From: Xylella taiwanensis
GTDB lineage: Bacteria > Pseudomonadota > Gammaproteobacteria > Xanthomonadales > Xanthomonadaceae
Direction: 5' to 3'
Assembly: GCF_013177435.1 (NCBI RefSeq)
Contig: NZ_CP053627.1
Span: 2,580,001 to 2,612,000, forward strand
DNA: 32,000 nucleotides
Below are positions 27,244 through 32,000 of this stretch, piece by piece. Position 1 is the first letter of the stretch, and every line of letters begins with the position of its first letter. The notes under the pieces were generated by a model. The model worked only from the letters and a program-made list of their open reading frames with translations. It was not told the DNA's origin and ran no database searches. A program made the position numbers and the translations under genes.

Positions 27244-30234
27244 TCAGTAATACTGACGGATGTAGCTGTAGGCTTTTTCGAACAGTTCCTGATCCAGGTG
27301 CAGTTGGTATTTCAACAGTGTCTTGCGCAATGCCTTTTTGACTTCTCTCTGGCCGGCTAGCCGGTCTTGCCAGCCCGGGAAGCGAACGAGGCGAACGATG
27401 TTGTCGATGTCCGTCACCACTCGTTCAATCATGATGGGGGTCGCGGGCGTCTTGATCTCGTTGAACAGCTCGGTCAGCGCGGCTTTACCGCGATCTTCGT
27501 CCGCTTCGGGTGGGGTGTGTTGCTCGGCTTGCAGGGTCTCCCTGGCGATGTCCAGCAATTGTTTTAGAAACTCAACGCTGTTGACCTGTCCGGATTCAAA
27601 ACGATCCTTCAGCGCATCAAGCCGTTCTGAAAGCGGCTTGAATCTGGGATCGCCCTCATGGCGGCGCAGGCGGCGCTTGAGCTTGATCTCGATGTCCTGG
27701 GTTTTCTTGGGGTCAGGATGCGCCAGCAAAGCCTCCAGCAAATCGGCGTCCAACACCACGGTGTCCAGATCATCGCGGATCGCATCCACGCGCACGTTTT
27801 GGTGAATCAGTGCGATGGTCTTGGCGCCGAGGGAATGCCAGATCAGCTTGCCGTAGCCGCTGGATGGCTGCACCGATTGGTAGACCTGGGACAGCCATTT
27901 GTAATCCTTTTCGAAAGGGGTCAGCACGCTGTCCGGGGACAGCGCCTCCCAGATCTTGTTAAGCACGCTGTAGGCGGCGGCAAAGTGGTCACGCGCTTGG
28001 TGGTCGGGCAGGCACTGCTGCGCGGCGATCAGGCCCTCGTAGCCTTGCAAGCGGCGGTCGCAACCGGCAAAGAACGCCAGACATGTGTGCATCGCCTCAG
28101 GCAGGGTGTCCTTCAGGTCTTGGATGTTGCTGATGACCTGCTTGACGCTCTGATCGTCGAACTGTAGTGCTGTCGCCACATCATCAAAGACGCCGAGGTA
28201 ATCCACGATCAAGCCGTGCTTCTTCTGCTGGGAGTAGCAGCGGTTCACCCGGCAAATGGCCTGGAGCAAGGTGTGGTCACGCAGTGGTTTGTCCAGGTAC
28301 ATCACCTGCAAGATCGGCGCATCGAAGCCGGTCAGCAGCTTGGCGGTGACGATGAGCAGTTTCAGTGGGTGGGTAGGATTGCGGAAGTTGTCTAGCAGGG
28401 TTTTCTCTTTATCCCGGGCACGGTCGTAGGGGGCGTACTCCGGGTACTCTTTTTTCTCAGCCGCTTGCACCGACATCACGATCTCTGTGGCCTCGGGCGG
28501 CAGGTGTTTGTCCAACTCAGCTTTGAACAGCAGGCACGACTCCCGATCAAAGGTCACGATCTGCCCTTTGAATCCGTTGGGCGCTACCTTGGTGTTGAAG
28601 TGCGCGACGATGTCCGCACACACTTTACGGATGCGCTCGGGCATCTTGACCAGCACCGCCATTTTGGCGGCGGTCTTGGCAAGTGTGTCTTTGTCCAGAT
28701 CTGACAAGCCGCCGGTCAAGTCTTTGTAAGCGGCGTCCAGTGTCGCCTTGTCGAGGTGCAGCTCGATCCGCCGGGGTTCGAAGTGCAGTTGCAGCGTGGC
28801 TTGGTCGCGGAGCGATTCTTCGAAGCTGTAGCGGCTCATGTAGCCCTGCGCATCTGCGTCGGCGCCGAACGCGTAGAAGGTGTTGCGGTCGGCGCGATTG
28901 ATCGGAGTGCCGGTCAGGCCGAACAAAAACGCATTAGGCAGGGCGTCGCGCATCTTGCGGCCCAAGTCGCCTTCTTGGGTGCGATGCGCTTCATCCACCA
29001 GCGCGATGATGTTGTGGCGGTCGTTCAGCACGCCGCTGACCTCGCCGAATTTGAAGATGGTAGTGATGATGATTTTGCGGACATCCTGCGCCAGTAGGTG
29101 TTGCAAGGTCTGGCAGGTGGCGGCCTTTTCCAGATTGGGAATGTCTGCGCTGGTGAAGTCGTCGGTGATCTGGGTATCGAGATCGACCCGGTCCACCACA
29201 ATCAGCACGGTGGGGTTCTTCAGCCGGGGATGCAGGCGCAGCTTGTGCGCGGCAAACACAATCAACCATGATTTTCCCGATCCTTGGAAGTGCCAGATCA
29301 GGCCCTTGCGGGGATAACCCGCCAGCACGCGTTCGACAATTTTGTTAGCGGCCTCGTACTGTTGATAGCGGCAGATGAGTTTGCTGCGACGCTTCTGGAT
29401 GTCGGTGGCAAACAGGGTGAAATGGGCGAGGATGTCCAACACCACCGCGGGGCGCAACATGCTGTGGACGGATGCGGCGATCGATTGCAACGGGTGATCT
29501 GAACGCGCGGCGGCGGCGCCCTCCAGATGCCACGGGCCCCATTGATTCACAGGCAGACCGATTGAACCGTAGTGATAGGCTTTGCCTTCGGTGGCCACGG
29601 AGAACACGTTGCAGACAAACAGCTCGGGCACGCACTTCTCGTAATCTTCATGCACCTGCACGGCAGCATCGAACCAGCTCATGCACGCCTTGACCGGGGT
29701 TTTGGCTTCGATCAACACCAGCGGCAGCCCGTTGACCAGCAACACCAGATCGGCGCGGCGCTCGGTGGCGGCAGCACGGTAGCTGTACTGCTGGGTGAGG
29801 ATGTATTGGTTCTGCGACACATCATCAAAGTCGATCAGCCGCACCGGTACATGCATGTTGTTGGGGCCGAAGGGCATGGAGCGCTCGCCGCGCATCCAGG
29901 CGGTCATCTCCTCGTTGGCGCGGATCAGTCCGTCGGAGCGCACCGATAGCACGATGGCACGCAGTTTGTGGAGCACTTCATCGGCGTGATCGGGCTGAGC
30001 AGCGATGTCGGGGTTTAAGCGGATCAGTGCTTCACGTACCCACGGTTCCACCAGCACCTCCTGAAGCTGACGCGGCACCGCCGCCGCCGCGACGTAGCGC
30101 CAACCGATGCCTTTGGGGCGGGAGCCAGCGCTGGCTTGGGGTTCTTGAATGGTGTGAGCGGAGGTTGCGTTGATCGGGCCGGCGAGCAGGTCGCGGATAT
30201 AGGCTTCGATGGTGTTGGATTCGTTAAATGACAC
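27244..30234 (-). CDS. hsdR: Type I restriction enzyme R subunit (second system, a different family from the first)
   Basis: 996 aa. The N-terminal nuclease region has ADLVLLVNGLPLVLIEAKTP. Helicase motifs are HFQGSGKSWLIVF (motif I), ALVDEAHRTQ (motif II), FGLTGTPI, LLTGFDAPILQVMYLDK and QAICRVNR. The GTG start at 30234 lies 2 nt after the hsdS stop. Confidence 0.95.
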   Translation of the reverse strand: MSFNESNTIEAYIRDLLAGPINATSAHTIQEPQASAGSRPKGIGWRYVAAAAVPRQLQEVLVEPWVREALIRLNPDIAAQPDHADEVLHKLRAIVLSVRSDGLIRANEEMTAWMRGERSMPFGPNNMHVPVRLIDFDDVSQNQYILTQQYSYRAAATERRADLVLLVNGLPLVLIEAKTPVKACMSWFDAAVQVHEDYEKCVPELFVCNVFSVATEGKAYHYGSIGLPVNQWGPWHLEGAAAARSDHPLQSIAASVHSMLRPAVVLDILAHFTLFATDIQKRRSKLICRYQQYEAANKIVERVLAGYPRKGLIWHFQGSGKSWLIVFAAHKLRLHPRLKNPTVLIVVDRVDLDTQITDDFTSADIPNLEKAATCQTLQHLLAQDVRKIIITTIFKFGEVSGVLNDRHNIIALVDEAHRTQEGDLGRKMRDALPNAFLFGLTGTPINRADRNTFYAFGADADAQGYMSRYSFEESLRDQATLQLHFEPRRIELHLDKATLDAAYKDLTGGLSDLDKDTLAKTAAKMAVLVKMPERIRKVCADIVAHFNTKVAPNGFKGQIVTFDRESCLLFKAELDKHLPPEATEIVMSVQAAEKKEYPEYAPYDRARDKEKTLLDNFRNPTHPLKLLIVTAKLLTGFDAPILQVMYLDKPLRDHTLLQAICRVNRCYSQQKKHGLIVDYLGVFDDVATALQFDDQSVKQVISNIQDLKDTLPEAMHTCLAFFAGCDRRLQGYEGLIAAQQCLPDHQARDHFAAAYSVLNKIWEALSPDSVLTPFEKDYKWLSQVYQSVQPSSGYGKLIWHSLGAKTIALIHQNVRVDAIRDDLDTVVLDADLLEALLAHPDPKKTQDIEIKLKRRLRRHEGDPRFKPLSERLDALKDRFESGQVNSVEFLKQLLDIARETLQAEQHTPPEADEDRGKAALTELFNEIKTPATPIMIERVVTDIDNIVRLVRFPGWQDRLAGQREVKKALRKTLLKYQLHLDQELFEKAYSYIRQYY

Positions 30235-30236
30235 AG

Positions 30237-31391
30237 CTATACCCTTGAGACTCCAGTAAATACCGCCAACTTCATTTGGCTCAACTGCTGTAGCCTGAAG
30301 TTGGTGACCTCTTTGATTTTTCTGATTTGCTTGATCAGAGAGCAGATTTCCCTCTGCTTTGTCAGTGGCAATATCGGAACACGAATCCTGCCAACATCAT
30401 TCGCTGATGCTCGCTGCCGTCCGGTTGAACCAGACATTATTCCGGCAGCTTGAGAATGGAAAACGCGCGACGTAATTAGGTGATAGAGATACTGTTGATC
30501 CGTTCCCTCTTTCGCTCTGAAAACGATGAATTCTGTCGATCCACCAGATTTCTCGATTGAAACAGGAACCTGCGCAATCTTCCCGTTTTCAAGGCAAGGC
30601 GTAATTCTTGCCATCAGAATATCTCCACCTTGGGCTCTGATACCGCCTCTTTTACCTTTCTTTTCGATTTTGGATGGATTGATCTTTTGGGTCCAAGGAT
30701 CAACTGCCTCCATCGGGATAAATGGATCTTCTTCGGAAAGCGAGGAAACCTTTGGGTTAATCTCAGCAATCTGACTTATCGGTTGTTGAATTAAAGACGC
30801 ATCACTCCACACGTAATGCTGGAAAATCGCTTCTATCAGCAACGAAGACCTTCCTTCAAGAGAGATCAAATCGTCAGAATTACGTTCAATCTCCAGGAAT
30901 AAGCCTACTATCCGCCGTTGCTCCTCCATCGGCGGCAGCGCGAACTCGAACTTCGCCAAGCTCGTCCAGTGCGTGCGTGGGCTTAACGAGCCAGCGGAGG
31001 TACTCACCGCGTGATCAAAAAAGGCGTCGGTCTGGCAAATGAAGGGCAACAACTCCGGCAGCAGCACCTGGGCGTCCTTGGATTCCAATACGTAGATGTC
31101 ACCAGAACACACCCCCGCGAAATCCGCCACGGCCACTTTGCGCTGATAGGCGCGGCGCTTACCGAATAACACCTGCCCGGGCTGAAACACGCTGGTAAAG
31201 GTGACGCCGTCAGCGACATGGCCCCAACGGCGAATACGCACATCCTCTGGTTGGAGATGTTCCAGACCGACGTAACGTTCCAAGCCATCGGCCAACGGAT
31301 CTTGGCTGCGTCCCTTGGAGAGGCGCACCACATCGCCAAATCTCACCCGACGCCAACCAGGCTTCAAAGGGGTGCTGTGCTGATCAAACAC
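30237..31391 (-). CDS. hsdS: Type I R-M specificity subunit (second system); the proximal half is GC-rich and the distal half is AT-rich
   Basis: 384 aa. The N-terminus is typical (PGWRRVRFGDVVRL...GDIYVL), and conserved spacers are present (PPMEEQRRIVGLFLEIE and PLTKQREICSLIKQIRKIKE). The gene lies between hsdM and hsdR. The GTG start at 31391 overlaps the hsdM stop (31384). Confidence 0.92.
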   Translation of the reverse strand: MFDQHSTPLKPGWRRVRFGDVVRLSKGRSQDPLADGLERYVGLEHLQPEDVRIRRWGHVADGVTFTSVFQPGQVLFGKRRAYQRKVAVADFAGVCSGDIYVLESKDAQVLLPELLPFICQTDAFFDHAVSTSAGSLSPRTHWTSLAKFEFALPPMEEQRRIVGLFLEIERNSDDLISLEGRSSLLIEAIFQHYVWSDASLIQQPISQIAEINPKVSSLSEEDPFIPMEAVDPWTQKINPSKIEKKGKRGGIRAQGGDILMARITPCLENGKIAQVPVSIEKSGGSTEFIVFRAKEGTDQQYLYHLITSRVFHSQAAGIMSGSTGRQRASANDVGRIRVPILPLTKQREICSLIKQIRKIKEVTNFRLQQLSQMKLAVFTGVSRV

Positions 31392-32000
31392 GCGTGTTGT
31401 CCTCGGCGATCAATCCATCCAGCGTCTCCACCAACGCATCCATCTGTTGCCAGAAGGCGCAGGCGTCGCTTTGCCATTGGTCCCACGTCGCGCGCCATGT
31501 CATGGCATCGCCATTGCTTGATGTGGCCGGGGCAGCAGTCAACCGTTTGACATACAGCGGGATCGACAGGTTGCCCGCATTGGCAGCGATGTCGGCCAGG
31601 GTGGCGACCTTGGCGAAGCCGGGGACATCGGCACAGGTGGTGTACGCGGTGAGGATGCGCTGTTGGTGTTCGGGGGTGAGGAAGCTCTGCGTGCGCTCGC
31701 GGGTGACCTCGTTGACCGCGTCGATGAAGATGACGTTGCCCTGACGCGCGGCGGCTTTGTTGCGGTTGCAGATGAGGATGCAGGATTCCATCGGGGAGTT
31801 GTAGAACAGGTTGGGGCCCAGGCCGATGACGGCTTCGACCCAGTCTTGGGCGACCATCTTGGCGCGCATGGATTGTTCTTCGTTACGGAATAAGACGCCA
31901 TGTGGCCAGAGCACGGCACAGCGGCCCTGGGGGCTGAGGCTGCTGAGGATGTGTTGCTGAAAGGCGTAATCGGCGCGGCCCTGGGGCGGGGTCCCCAGGG
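31384..32000 (-). CDS. hsdM: Type I R-M methyltransferase subunit, C-terminal part (the 5-prime end lies beyond the right window edge)
   Basis: The frame is open to position 32000. The sequence ..ADYAFQQHILSSLSPQGRCAVLWPHGVLFRNEEQSMRAKMVAQDWVEAVIGLGPNLFYNSPMESCILICNRNK matches the HsdM post-NPPF region (G..avvlPhGvLFr..E..iR..l.e.d.veaVIgLp.nLFy.t.i...il). Confidence 0.9.
   Translation of the reverse strand, partial: LGTPPQGRADYAFQQHILSSLSPQGRCAVLWPHGVLFRNEEQSMRAKMVAQDWVEAVIGLGPNLFYNSPMESCILICNRNKAAARQGNVIFIDAVNEVTRERTQSFLTPEHQQRILTAYTTCADVPGFAKVATLADIAANAGNLSIPLYVKRLTAAPATSSNGDAMTWRATWDQWQSDACAFWQQMDALVETLDGLIAEDNTRV

Overview
High-GC, proteobacterial-type chromosomal window that is almost entirely accessory DNA. 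(1) 1-9437 (-): the 5-prime ~9.4 kb of a giant two-partner-secretion exoprotein of the filamentous-haemagglutinin / CdiA-BcpA type. It has an ESPR signal peptide, a TPS domain and long FHA repeat arrays. Its reading frame is broken at a C10 homopolymer, its 3-prime end lies beyond the left edge, and no TpsB transporter lies on its 5-prime side. (2) 9.5-12.1 kb: decayed DNA holding a winged-helix gene remnant, a tRNA/tmRNA T-arm-like 20-mer (possible island att scar) and no convincing gene. (3) 12.1-20.3 kb (-): a complete EcoR124I-like (type IC) restriction-modification operon, hsdM - orf81 - hsdS - hsdR. It is followed by a translationally coupled tail: a SLATT-like 2-TM gene with two in-frame TAG codons, a small ORF with one in-frame TAG, and a HARE-HTH + PD-(D/E)xK nuclease-like gene. 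(4) 20.4-24.8 kb: a graveyard comprising a frameshifted unknown gene whose 5-prime end is tandemly amplified five times (~203-bp unit), a 5-prime-truncated Wadjet jetD remnant with an in-frame TAG, and a ~280-bp imperfect direct repeat. (5) ygiD-like DOPA extradiol dioxygenase, a frameshifted serine-recombinase pseudogene, and a low-GC block with small unknown ORFs. (6) 27.2-32.0 kb (-): a second, unrelated type I R-M operon (hsdM partial - hsdS - hsdR) whose hsdS is compositionally mosaic. The best candidate for something undescribed is the hsdR-coupled SLATT / small ORF / HARE-HTH-nuclease tail of the type IC system, together with the small gene wedged between hsdM and hsdS. All functional calls rest on motif recognition by eye; no database search was run.
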